52,315 nucleotides of DNA from Candidatus Bathyarchaeia archaeon (GTDB lineage: Archaea > Thermoproteota > Bathyarchaeia > Bathyarchaeales > DTEX01), in NCBI GenBank assembly GCA_038866525.1, contig JAWBZG010000003.1, positions 1-52,315 on the forward strand. The letters are read 5' to 3'. Of this stretch, positions 9,603 to 19,012 are shown one piece after another. A program made the position numbers and the translations under genes. Each line of letters starts with the position of its first letter. The first letter of the stretch is position 1. A model generated the notes under the pieces. The model saw nothing but the letters and a program-made list of their open reading frames with translations. It was not told where the DNA came from and did not search any database.

Positions 9603-10664
9603 TTAAATATATCCTTTTGCAACCATTAATTCGGCGCTCAGTATTCCGGCGCCAGCCGCCCCTCTAATAGTGTTATGACCTAGGCAGAGATACTTTATTG
9701 ACATAACCGGGTCACTACGTATCCGGCCAACAGTGACGCTCATCCCATTGCCAGCATCCCTGTCAAGTCTAGGCTGCGGCCTATCGATCTCATCTCTAAC
9801 GATTATTGGTCTTTCAGGAGCCGTTGGGAGCTTAAGCCTCTGTGGTTCGCCTATAAAGCTTCTAAAGGCATCCTTAACTTCTTCTACTGTTGGCTTGTCT
9901 TCTAGATCGACGTGTACCGCCTCCAAGTGACCATCCTTAACGTTGACCCTATTGCAGCTCGCGCTAACGGCTATGTTTGCGGGTTTAACCCTTTCGCCGT
10001 CAAATACGCCGAGAATCTTTTTCGTCTCATTCTCAATTTTCTCCTCCTCCTTAGCGATGAAGGGTATAATGTTGTCAATTATGTCCAAGGAGGGTACGCC
10101 CGGATAACCTGCCCCACTCAAAGCCTGCATTGTCACAACGACAACCCTTCTTAAACCGAACTTCATTAGGGGTTTCAGAGTTAAAGCTAGCTGTATGGTT
10201 GAGCAGTTAGGGTCAGTTGATATGAAGCCGCTCCAACCGCGCCTCCTTCTCTGCACCGGTATTAGCTCAAGCTGTTCAGGGTTAACTTCAGGAATTAGAA
10301 GCGGGACGTCCTCATCCATTCTATGGGCTGCAGCCTTACTGATTACTGGGAACTCCGCGGCAAACTTTTCTTCTACTGGTCCAGCTATGTCGCCGGGTAA
10401 AGCGGAGAAAACTAAATCCACATCGCCAGCTTCTTTAACCGAATTAAGATCCGCGTTAACAACTGTCATCTCACCTATTTCTTTAGGCATCTCCGTCTCC
10501 ATTCTCCAGACGCATGCATCTCTATATTTTTTGCCAGCTGAGCGCTCCGATGCCGCTAACACCGTTATATCGAACCACGGGTGATTTTCAAGTAGCTGAA
10601 CGAAACGTTGCCCCACGGCGCCCGTTGCCGCCAATATTGCTACGTTTCTACGCTTCAAGAGCAT
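9603..10664 (-). CDS. asd: Aspartate-semialdehyde dehydrogenase (archaeal type)
   Basis: ATGAVGQRF, PNCST, QALSGAG, CNRV..GH, HNTIRGAAG. Confidence 0.96.
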   Translation of the reverse strand: MLLKRRNVAILAATGAVGQRFVQLLENHPWFDITVLAASERSAGKKYRDACVWRMETEMPKEIGEMTVVNADLNSVKEAGDVDLVFSALPGDIAGPVEEKFAAEFPVISKAAAHRMDEDVPLLIPEVNPEQLELIPVQRRRRGWSGFISTDPNCSTIQLALTLKPLMKFGLRRVVVVTMQALSGAGYPGVPSLDIIDNIIPFIAKEEEKIENETKKILGVFDGERVKPANIAVSASCNRVNVKDGHLEAVHVDLEDKPTVEEVKDAFRSFIGEPQRLKLPTAPERPIIVRDEIDRPQPRLDRDAGNGMSVTVGRIRSDPVMSIKYLCLGHNTIRGAAGAGILSAELMVAKGYI

Positions 10665-11832
10665 CCCTCACAACATTTATAGCTTCTTTAATCTTCGCCT
10701 CTTCAATAAATATACTTATCGTGCTCTTACTCGTCGTAATCTCAATAATATTTATGCCCTTAGACGCTAATGCACCAGCTATTTTCGCAACCCACCCGGG
10801 GGAATCAACGAAGACTGGGTGCGATACCTCTATGAGCCCGACATTCGTTAAGCAGCTCAATGCCTTAATAACGCTCAGACCGTGCAGTTTATTCATTAAA
10901 TCCTTTAAGTTCTGTGTCGTAACAAACACCGTGATCGACTTCCTCCCAGTGCTTACCCCAAATATCTCGTTTCCGGCAAGCGTAGCAAATATCTGGCTTA
11001 AGGTTTCTGGAGCTATATCGCATATTAAACTTATTGCGGCTAAACCCTCCCTCTCCTTGATTTCAAAGGAGCTTGAGTTGAAGACCCCAATTATCTCGGT
11101 TCCAGGCGACCTTAAATCACCAGAGGAGAAGCTGACAACCTTTAACTTCTGTCCTGGGAGCTTATATTTTAAGGCTTCAGCCTTAATTATTTTTGCCCCT
11201 CCGTGGGCTAACGCAAACATCTCATGAATATCTATTTTATCTATTGTCCTTGGCTTCTCAACCACTTTTGGATCAGCTGACAAAACCCCTTCAGTCTCCT
11301 TGACAAGTATAACTTCATCTGCCTTCAGGCAGTTTGCCAGTATGAGGGCTGTTGTATCGCTTCCGCCTCTTCCAAGGGTTGTTATATTTCCGTTTCTATC
11401 CCTTCCGAGAAAGCCGCAAACGACAACTATCTTCCCCTTTGAGAGAATCGGCTCAATATACTCGCTCGCTCTTTTACAGGTTTCATCCATGAGTGGTTTC
11501 GCATCCCTAAAGTTTGAGTCAGTTATGATCGGCCACTCCTCATGGCTCGGCTCAATATAGACAGCGTCTGCACCTAACGCTTTTAAAGCCGAGCAGAATA
11601 CTCGTGCGCTTGTTCGTTCACCCATCGAAACTATGTCGGCGTAATCTTTGTCACTTATGTTTCCTATCTGCGAGATCATTCTAATTAAATTGTCGGTTGT
11701 GTCGCCCATTGCTGAGACGACGACAACGGTCTCTTTGAAATTGGCATTTACAACCATTTCAGCGGCTTTCCTTACCTTTTCTCCGGTGGCTAGGTCCGCT
11801 CCACCAAATTTTACGACCACTCTATTACCCAT
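10648..11832 (-). CDS. lysC: Aspartate kinase
   Basis: VVKFGG, VVVSAMG.TTD, TLGRGGSDTTA, C-terminal ACT-like region. Confidence 0.93.
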   Translation of the reverse strand: MGNRVVVKFGGADLATGEKVRKAAEMVVNANFKETVVVVSAMGDTTDNLIRMISQIGNISDKDYADIVSMGERTSARVFCSALKALGADAVYIEPSHEEWPIITDSNFRDAKPLMDETCKRASEYIEPILSKGKIVVVCGFLGRDRNGNITTLGRGGSDTTALILANCLKADEVILVKETEGVLSADPKVVEKPRTIDKIDIHEMFALAHGGAKIIKAEALKYKLPGQKLKVVSFSSGDLRSPGTEIIGVFNSSSFEIKEREGLAAISLICDIAPETLSQIFATLAGNEIFGVSTGRKSITVFVTTQNLKDLMNKLHGLSVIKALSCLTNVGLIEVSHPVFVDSPGWVAKIAGALASKGINIIEITTSKSTISIFIEEAKIKEAINVVRDALEA

Positions 11833-11850
11833 TAAAGCCTGATCTTCCCC

Positions 11851-12651
11851 CTAGATCCCGCCCAGCACATCATCCATAGTGTAAATTCCAGGCTTCTCCT
11901 GCTTATAAACCCAGTTGACAGCGTATAGCGCTCCTTGAGCGAAGACGCTTCTTGAAAAAGCTGTGTGCTCTATACGTATCATCTCGTATGGACCAGCTAT
12001 TATAATCTCATGTATGCCTGGAACCCCGCCAGCCCTAACCGCTAAAATCTCCAGCTCGCCTGTCTTCCTAACGCTTATACCCTCTCGACCATAGGATACG
12101 CTTGAGTACCCCCTTATCTCTGAAATTATTTCACCCATTTTCTTCGCCGTTCCACTAGGCGCATCCCTTTTACCGGAGTGATGGATTTCCACTATGCTAA
12201 AATCGTATCCTTCCGGGAAAGCTTTCATTGCACGCAATAGCCTGAATAATATATTTACGCCTATAGCATAATTTGGGGAGAAGACTGCTGGAACCTTGCT
12301 TGAAACAGCATCCACTATCTTCTTCATTTGTTCATCGGTAAAGCCTGTAGTCCCCATAACGATTTTTTTGCCCAAATCGGCTACCACTGGCAAATTAGCA
12401 ACCTCAGCTTCAGGCGTGGTGAAAGACACGTATACGTCGGCTTCTCTGACGGCTTCAGGGATTCCTGTTGGATCAACTATTTTGACGTCTAGATTACAGA
12501 TCCCGCTTTCCCTTAAAGTCCTACCTATGTTTGGGTCATCTTTAGCCGCGATGGCGCCAACAACCTTAAAACCTCTTACGACAGCTTCCCGTATTAGCGT
12601 ACTGCCCATTCTGCCGGTTGCGCCAGCTACACATATTTTAATATTGGTCGT
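11851..12651 (-). CDS. dapB: 4-hydroxy-tetrahydrodipicolinate reductase (start extended to ACG at 12651)
   Basis: IKICVAGATGRMG lies upstream of the called ATG; GTTG, EIHHSGKRDAPSGTA, FAQGA. Confidence 0.93.
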   Translation of the reverse strand, partial: TTNIKICVAGATGRMGSTLIREAVVRGFKVVGAIAAKDDPNIGRTLRESGICNLDVKIVDPTGIPEAVREADVYVSFTTPEAEVANLPVVADLGKKIVMGTTGFTDEQMKKIVDAVSSKVPAVFSPNYAIGVNILFRLLRAMKAFPEGYDFSIVEIHHSGKRDAPSGTAKKMGEIISEIRGYSSVSYGREGISVRKTGELEILAVRAGGVPGIHEIIIAGPYEMIRIEHTAFSRSVFAQGALYAVNWVYKQEKPGIYTMDDVLGGI

Positions 12652-13687
12652 ATGCTAGCCCCTCCAGAAAGCGCTTACCGTATAGACGCCTACTTAAATC
12701 TACGTCGAAGAAGTCTTCTATGGGCTTAAGGATCTCAGGGTTTCTCTCATAAACGGTTCTTGCGGCGTTTAAGACGACCTCCAGACCCTTTTTAGTCATC
12801 TTTCCAAGCGGGCGCCTGCATGGTCCTGAAGGCATACCCAATATATTCATGAGCACTTTATATGGAAGGGGGTTTCTGGCTCTACAAGAAACTTTACCGT
12901 ATGGTGTCTCCTCCTCAGTTCTAACGGTCACGATTGAAAAGAGCGGTTTAAGGGCTTCAAGAAGATCTTCAGCTTCTTTACTCCTATTCTCAAGGATAGC
13001 CTTCGTAAATTTTTGAACAGCTCTGGGAGCAACATTTGAAGCCACGGAGATTACGCCGCTAGCGCGTATTTCTGGGTTAATCATCATCTCATAGGTCTTA
13101 TCGTCATCACCAGACAATATATCAAAGTCCTCGCCGCATAGCCTCCTTGTTAACTTCATGTTCTCAATATTTCCAGTCGCTTCTTTAACAGCTCTGACAT
13201 TCTTAAATTTTGAGTGGAGGATCGCCAAATCCTGGGGCAAGAGCTGTGTTCCAGTTCTTCCGGGGATCACGTACGGTATTACTTGGACATCCGGGAAAGA
13301 TTCTGCGACTGGCTCAACATATTCCCTTCTTATCTCAAGCGAGCTTGGTCCATTATAGTATGGGTCTACAAGTAGGACGCATCTGACGCCAAAATCGTAC
13401 ACTTCCCTAGTCATTTCCATAGTTTTCTCAGTAGAGTTGCTTCCTGTTCCGCCTATAACAATGCATCTCCCACCGGCAACCTCATGGGCCTCTCTGATAA
13501 CTTTAATGCTCTCTTCATGAGTTAATGTTGGGCTTTCACCCGTTGTTCCGACCGCAAGCACCCCACTAACACCCTCTTCAACCTGAAATTCAACCAGTCT
13601 TCTAAGACCCTCAAAGTCGATGCTGAAATCGCTTTTCATTGGCGTTACTAGAGCAGTATAACATCCTTCAAATCTTGTTGCACCCAT
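12638..13687 (-). CDS. dapA: 4-hydroxy-tetrahydrodipicolinate synthase
   Basis: TALVTP, GTTGESPTL, GTGSNST, PYYN, KEATG, LSGDD. Confidence 0.93.
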   Translation of the reverse strand: MGATRFEGCYTALVTPMKSDFSIDFEGLRRLVEFQVEEGVSGVLAVGTTGESPTLTHEESIKVIREAHEVAGGRCIVIGGTGSNSTEKTMEMTREVYDFGVRCVLLVDPYYNGPSSLEIRREYVEPVAESFPDVQVIPYVIPGRTGTQLLPQDLAILHSKFKNVRAVKEATGNIENMKLTRRLCGEDFDILSGDDDKTYEMMINPEIRASGVISVASNVAPRAVQKFTKAILENRSKEAEDLLEALKPLFSIVTVRTEEETPYGKVSCRARNPLPYKVLMNILGMPSGPCRRPLGKMTKKGLEVVLNAARTVYERNPEILKPIEDFFDVDLSRRLYGKRFLEGLAYDQY

Positions 13688-13750
13688 ATTTCTTTCCCCT
13701 CAACGGTAATCTTGAATAAACCCAAATTATATTTATGTTTTTCGTTTCTT

Positions 13751-13800
13751 TTTTCCGAAAAACGTAAATATTTCCGCAACTTATTCCGTTTTTCGGAAAA
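13751..13800. promoter_or_regulatory. Putative Lrp/LysM operator pair between divergent dapA and Lrp genes
   Basis: Perfect 14-bp inverted repeat TTTTCCGAAAAACG (13751-13764) / CGTTTTTCGGAAAA (13787-13800). The right site is itself palindromic (TTCCG-TTTTT-CGGAA). Confidence 0.65.
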
Positions 13801-13835
13801 TAATTTTAAGACTACGCTGCTGATTATTTAGAATT

Positions 13836-14228
13836 GTGGATCAAGTTAACCTTGAGATATTACGCATATTGAAGGAGAATGCGAGAGCCAAATATGTGGA
13901 AATAGCGAAAAAAGTCGGTTTAACGGAGGGGGCTGTAAGAAGGAGAATAAAGCAGTTGAAAGAAGAGGGGATAATAAGAAGGTTTACCATTGAGACAAGC
14001 ATAGATTTTGAAGGAATAGTCCTCGTTGAAACAGAGCCGGCCAGAACAAGGGAAGTTACCCGGGAAATAAGGAAAATTACGGATAAGGTTTTTGAGGTTT
14101 CAGGCGAGTACGATATAGCGGCGCTCATTCAAGCTTACACGATTGAGGAGCTTAACGCTAAAATAGACGAGATAAGAAATTTACCTTGGGTTTTAAACAC
14201 TAAAACCCTAATAAAGCTCAAAGACTAA
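13836..14228 (+). CDS. Lrp/AsnC transcriptional regulator (LysM-like)
   Basis: HTH (IAKKVGLTEGAVRRRIKQL) plus RAM domain (EVSGEYD); divergent from the lysine operon. Confidence 0.9.
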   Translation: MDQVNLEILRILKENARAKYVEIAKKVGLTEGAVRRRIKQLKEEGIIRRFTIETSIDFEGIVLVETEPARTREVTREIRKITDKVFEVSGEYDIAALIQAYTIEELNAKIDEIRNLPWVLNTKTLIKLKD

Positions 14229-14261
14229 GAGATTGAGATATGTGCGGTTGAACGTGAGATT

Positions 14262-15125
14262 TCATCGGATGGCTTTAAGCGCGTGGTACATTCGTCTATA
14301 CGCTGCTTCAAAATCGCTATTCCTGAAAAGCGCTCTGCGGACCTCATTATAGAACTGCGTGAACCCCTCTGAATCTCTATTTTCGATAATGTTCTTCAGT
14401 TTTAAAACATTACATATGAATTTATCGATATATTTGATCGTATGCTCATTATTCATCTGTATTGACGCATATAGGGATGGATCCTCAGTCATTACTGCCT
14501 CGCTTAAAATTAGCTGTAATGTAAACGTGGTTCCGCTAAGCTGCTTCAGCATATGTATATTCTCCTCACTAATAACTGATGCAAAGACGATATTTATGAA
14601 ATGTGTTAAGGATAGGGTTAGAGCCATGATTTTGTCATGAGTATAGCAGTCTACGGGAATTATATTAGCTTCTGGGAAAATTTCCCTTACCAATTTCTCT
14701 TCAAGCCTAAGATCATTAACTGGTATTAGGGCTATCTTTTCACCAGCAATCCCTCGTGCCCCAGACCCGAAGAGCGGATGAATAGAGAGGGTTCTCAATC
14801 CGCGTTTAGAAATCTCCTTTAAAACTGGAAAAACCATAGATTTAAGAGAGGATATTTCAACGAGGATGGAACCCTCCTTTAATGCCAGCGCAACCTCAGA
14901 TATTACTTTTGGCGTAACCTCTATTGGGGTCGCCACTAGCAGTAGGTCAGCATCTTTAGCGGCTTCAGCACTACTTTTACACGCTTTAATACCCAGAGAT
15001 TCAGCGATGAGATTAGCTTTATCCATGTTTATATCGAATATTGTGAGATCGTGACCGTGCTCGATGAAGTACCTTGCAAACCACGAGCCCATTTTTCCAG
15101 CCCCGCCAATTATTGCAACAAACAA
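14262..15125 (-). CDS. tyrA: Prephenate/arogenate dehydrogenase
   Basis: IIGGAGKMG, ISSLK, SIHPLFG, HDKIMA..LSLTH. Confidence 0.9.
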   Translation of the reverse strand: MFVAIIGGAGKMGSWFARYFIEHGHDLTIFDINMDKANLIAESLGIKACKSSAEAAKDADLLLVATPIEVTPKVISEVALALKEGSILVEISSLKSMVFPVLKEISKRGLRTLSIHPLFGSGARGIAGEKIALIPVNDLRLEEKLVREIFPEANIIPVDCYTHDKIMALTLSLTHFINIVFASVISEENIHMLKQLSGTTFTLQLILSEAVMTEDPSLYASIQMNNEHTIKYIDKFICNVLKLKNIIENRDSEGFTQFYNEVRRALFRNSDFEAAYRRMYHALKAIR

Positions 15126-15143
15126 CTCTTAAACCTCCAATGC

Positions 15144-15449
15144 TTATTCACCATGCTTTTTAGGTTCCAGAGCTTCACGCTGAACCTTTTTCGACTCTTC
15201 AAGCAATAATTCTAAGATTTTAAGCGAAAATCCTTCATCTATACCGTGTTTACGGCTGAAATCTACAACTTTCAATTTTAGCTCATTTTCAACATCAGGG
15301 TCCTCAACGGGCATATTGTTTCGAGCTTTTATTTCACCTATCTTTCTCGCCAAAGCTAGTCTCTCGCTCGATAAGCGGATTATCTCAAGAGTTATCTTAG
15401 CTACTTTGTCCCTAAGGATCTTTAGATCTTCTAGCTCGCTGGATTTCAA
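15144..15449 (-). CDS. Chorismate mutase (AroQ type)
   Basis: LRDKV..I..L..ER..LA..IG..K...PVED...E, EESKKVQ; upstream of tyrA. Confidence 0.85.
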   Translation of the reverse strand: MKSSELEDLKILRDKVAKITLEIIRLSSERLALARKIGEIKARNNMPVEDPDVENELKLKVVDFSRKHGIDEGFSLKILELLLEESKKVQREALEPKKHGE

Positions 15450-15564
15450 GAATGTTCCCTCCAGTAAAGAATATTTGCCAACGACATATAAAATATCTCA
15501 TCTCGTATAATCGGGTAACACTTAATAACCATGCATCCATAGATTAGCATGGAGGCAAATTAAA

Positions 15565-16479
15565 ATGCATTTATTGAATTTCAAGGGCTTGTCTGGGCAG
15601 GAAATAATGGGGATAGTCGATAAAGGGATAGAGATAAAATATAACCCTGAGAATTATAGGGATTCTTTGAGCGGAAAGACTTTAGCCATGATATTTCAGA
15701 AGACCTCTACGAGGACCAGGGTCTCTTTCGAGGTCGCTATGACCCAGATGGGTGGACACGCCATATACATGGATTGGAGGGCAACAAACTTCACAATAGC
15801 GGATATATATGATGAGACACAGTATCTTTCACGAAATGTTGACTGCATTCTAGCTAGGATGTTGAAGCACGCCGATCTTCGAGTTATGGCTGAAGCTTCA
15901 AGAGTCCCTGTCATAAACGGGTGTGATGAAAAATATCATCCAACCCAAGTGATAGCTGACTTAATAACTATGAAAGAGAAGAAGGGCACGTTGAAAGGTG
16001 TCAAAGTCGTATATGTGGGCGTACATAACAACGTGTGTAATTCGTTGATTGAAGTTTGCACAAAAGTTGGCATAGAAATAACAACAGTTACGCCTATCTT
16101 CAATGAGCCGTCTAGGGACGACGACTTATTAGAGGAAGCCAGAAGATCCGGGCTTTGGAAGAGAACATTGGATCTCAAGGAAGCTGTTAAGGACGCGGAC
16201 TTCGTCTACACGGACACGTGGATAGACATGGAGTTCTTTTCAGACCCAAGATACGCTGAGGAAAAGGATAGACGGATGAGGCTGATGATGCCCTATCAGA
16301 TAAATAGGGAGAATATGGCTGGAAGCAGCGCCTGGATAATGCATGATATGCCGATTCACCGCGGATACGAAATAAGCCCAGATATGATTGAGGACCCGAG
16401 GTCAGTGATATATGAGCAGAGCGAGAATAGGCTCTATTCGGCTAAGGCTGTCCTCCTCAAAGTTCTAGGCTTCTACTAG
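15565..16479 (+). CDS. argF: Ornithine carbamoyltransferase
   Basis: STRTRVSF, HPTQ, YTDTW, HDMP variant of the HCLP motif, ENR. Confidence 0.85.
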   Translation: MHLLNFKGLSGQEIMGIVDKGIEIKYNPENYRDSLSGKTLAMIFQKTSTRTRVSFEVAMTQMGGHAIYMDWRATNFTIADIYDETQYLSRNVDCILARMLKHADLRVMAEASRVPVINGCDEKYHPTQVIADLITMKEKKGTLKGVKVVYVGVHNNVCNSLIEVCTKVGIEITTVTPIFNEPSRDDDLLEEARRSGLWKRTLDLKEAVKDADFVYTDTWIDMEFFSDPRYAEEKDRRMRLMMPYQINRENMAGSSAWIMHDMPIHRGYEISPDMIEDPRSVIYEQSENRLYSAKAVLLKVLGFY

Positions 16480-16583
16480 CCGAGGGGCAACACTAGATTC
16501 CCGCGATCCACCAAATAATTTTTGAGCACAACCCTTAAATAAGCCAGTTAATCCAAAAATATGTCTAGTTTGGGTGAGAAAGA

Positions 16584-17183
16584 TTGGGCGACGAGAATCG
16601 GTGGCCTGAAGAATGGTATGAAAAATACCTGCTCTTCGGAAAATGGAGCTTTAAAGGCGTTGAGGTAAAGGACCCTGGGCTTAAGAGGTATATATGCCTT
16701 AGACCCGTCATTATACCCCACTCTATGGGGAGGCATGAGCACAATAGGTTTGCGAAGTCGGAGGTAAACATTGTTGAGAGATTGGTCAATCAGCTTATGC
16801 GCCCGGGGAAAAATGCTGGTAAAAAAGCTAGGGCGATAAAATTTGTGAGAAACGCCTTCGAAATAATCCATCTTCAAACTGGAAGGAACCCTATCGAGGT
16901 TTTAGTTAGAGCTATTGAAAATGCGGCGCCATGCGAGGATACGACGAGAATAATGTATGGTGGAATAGTTTACCACCAATCTGTTGACATATCGCCTCAG
17001 AGGAGAGTTGATCTAGCGTTACGCTGGATTGCCGAAGGCGCTAGGATGGCGGCGTTCAGCAATCCGAAGACTTTTGAAGAATGTTTAGCTGAAGAAATAA
17101 TCTTGGCTGCGAACAAAGATTTAAAGAGCTACGCTATACAGCGTAGAAACGAGCTGGAGAGAATAGCCTTACATGCCCGTTAA
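16584..17183 (+). CDS. rps7: 30S ribosomal protein S7 (uS7, archaeal)
   Basis: [36 protein letters not shown]. Confidence 0.96.
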   Translation: MGDENRWPEEWYEKYLLFGKWSFKGVEVKDPGLKRYICLRPVIIPHSMGRHEHNRFAKSEVNIVERLVNQLMRPGKNAGKKARAIKFVRNAFEIIHLQTGRNPIEVLVRAIENAAPCEDTTRIMYGGIVYHQSVDISPQRRVDLALRWIAEGARMAAFSNPKTFEECLAEEIILAANKDLKSYAIQRRNELERIALHAR

Positions 17184-17293
17184 TTCCGCACTCATCTAGA
17201 TAGTGGATATTATCTAGAAATCTCGCTAGGAAAATATAAATTAACCTGCCCAGTATTCTGCATTATATAAGCAATTAGCTGGAGCGCTGAACC

Positions 17294-19009
17294 GTGAAAA
17301 TGAACCTGATTATAAAGAATGGTTTTGTTTACGACCCTTTAAATGGCATAGATGGCGAAGTAATGGATATATGTGTTAAGGATGGCAAAATAGTTGAAAA
17401 AGTGGACGAGCATGAGACGGAGATCATAGATGCCTCTGGAATGATCGTCATGCCGGGCGGGATCGATATACATACGCACATAGCTGGATCAGAGGTTAAC
17501 TCTGGGAGACTATTAAGACCAGAAGACCATGTCTTTGATGTTGAACCAAAAACATTGCTAACGAGGTCGGGCGTCGGGCGCTCGGTTCCATCCACATTTA
17601 CAACTGGCTATAGGTATGCGCGTATGGGATACACATTCCTCTGTAACCCCTCTATGCCTCCTCTAGAAGCTAGGCATACGCATGAGGAATTAGAGGACAC
17701 CCCGATAGTTGACAAGGTAACGTTTCCGCTTTTAGGGGACTGGTGGTTCGTTCTAGAGTATCTGAGGGACGGCTTGATTAAAGAATGCGCCGAGCATGTG
17801 TCCTGGATGATCATGGCGACTAAAGGTTACGCCATAAAGATAGTGAACCCTGGGGGGCTAGAAGCGTGGGGTTTCGGCAGAAACGTTAGCGATATAGATG
17901 ACCAAGTCCCATATTTTAACGTAACTCCAAGAGAGATCGTTCGTGGATTATGCGCGGTGAACAGGATTCTTAATTTGCCGCACACTATCCATGTTCACAC
18001 AAATAGGCTCGGTCAGCCGGGCAACTATATCACGACGATCAAGACTATGGATTGCGTAAAAGATTTAGCGCCACCAGATAAACCAGCCATCCATATTACG
18101 CATTGTCAGTTCAGCGCCTTCAAGGGCGATAGCTGGGCTAACATGAGGAGTGGAGCTGAGGAGATAGCAAAATACGTTAATACCCATAACCATGTAACTT
18201 TAGATATGGGTCAAGTTATCTTCACCGATACAACTACAATGACGGCGGATGGACCATGGCAGTACACCCTCTATGAGCTTAGCGGGAATAAGTGGGTTAA
18301 CCACGATGTTGAGGTTGAGACGAGTTCAGGGATAGTTCCATTTAAGTATAGGCGGAAGAGCTACGTGCATGCGACGATGTGGTCGATTGGGCTTGAGCTT
18401 GCCCTTCTAGTGGAGGATCCATGGAGAATATATTTGACGACTGATCATCCTAACGGCGGCCCATTCACCGAGTATCCCAAGATAATATGCTGGTTGATGA
18501 GTAGAAAGGCTAGAGAGAAAGCGTTAGGAAAGATAAATAGGAAGGCTAAAGCCAGATCTCTGCTTCCAAGCATAGATAGAGAGCTCACGTTTTATGAGGT
18601 GGCGATAATTACTAGAGCTGGGCAAGCAAAGGCTTTAGGCTTAAAGAATAAGGGGCATCTGGGGGTTGGCGCTGACGCGGACATAGCAATATATAATATT
18701 GATCCGAGGAAAATCGACCCCTCATCCGATTACAAAATGGTTCGCAGAGCATTCGCTAAGGCGGCATACACTATTAAGGGCGGGGAGATAGTTGTTAAAG
18801 ATGGCGAGATAGTTAAAACTTTTGATGGAAAAACATACTGGATAAACTTTGCTAGTGAAGATTTTACGAATGAAGCGTTTATAAACGCGTCGGCGAACCT
18901 AAAGAAAAGGTTTAGAGAATACTGGACCGTTGAATTTGACAACTATTTTATTCCAGAAAAGTATCTTAAGGCTTCAGCCCCAATTACCTTGAGGGTTAAG
19001 GGGGTGTGA
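17294..19009 (+). CDS. fwdA: Formylmethanofuran dehydrogenase subunit A
   Basis: IIKNG.VYDP.NGIDGE, DIHTHIAG, GRLLRPED, KIVNPGG, TTDHPNGGPF, GHLGVGADAD. Confidence 0.95.
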   Translation: MKMNLIIKNGFVYDPLNGIDGEVMDICVKDGKIVEKVDEHETEIIDASGMIVMPGGIDIHTHIAGSEVNSGRLLRPEDHVFDVEPKTLLTRSGVGRSVPSTFTTGYRYARMGYTFLCNPSMPPLEARHTHEELEDTPIVDKVTFPLLGDWWFVLEYLRDGLIKECAEHVSWMIMATKGYAIKIVNPGGLEAWGFGRNVSDIDDQVPYFNVTPREIVRGLCAVNRILNLPHTIHVHTNRLGQPGNYITTIKTMDCVKDLAPPDKPAIHITHCQFSAFKGDSWANMRSGAEEIAKYVNTHNHVTLDMGQVIFTDTTTMTADGPWQYTLYELSGNKWVNHDVEVETSSGIVPFKYRRKSYVHATMWSIGLELALLVEDPWRIYLTTDHPNGGPFTEYPKIICWLMSRKAREKALGKINRKAKARSLLPSIDRELTFYEVAIITRAGQAKALGLKNKGHLGVGADADIAIYNIDPRKIDPSSDYKMVRRAFAKAAYTIKGGEIVVKDGEIVKTFDGKTYWINFASEDFTNEAFINASANLKKRFREYWTVEFDNYFIPEKYLKASAPITLRVKGV

Positions 19010-19012
19010 GAA

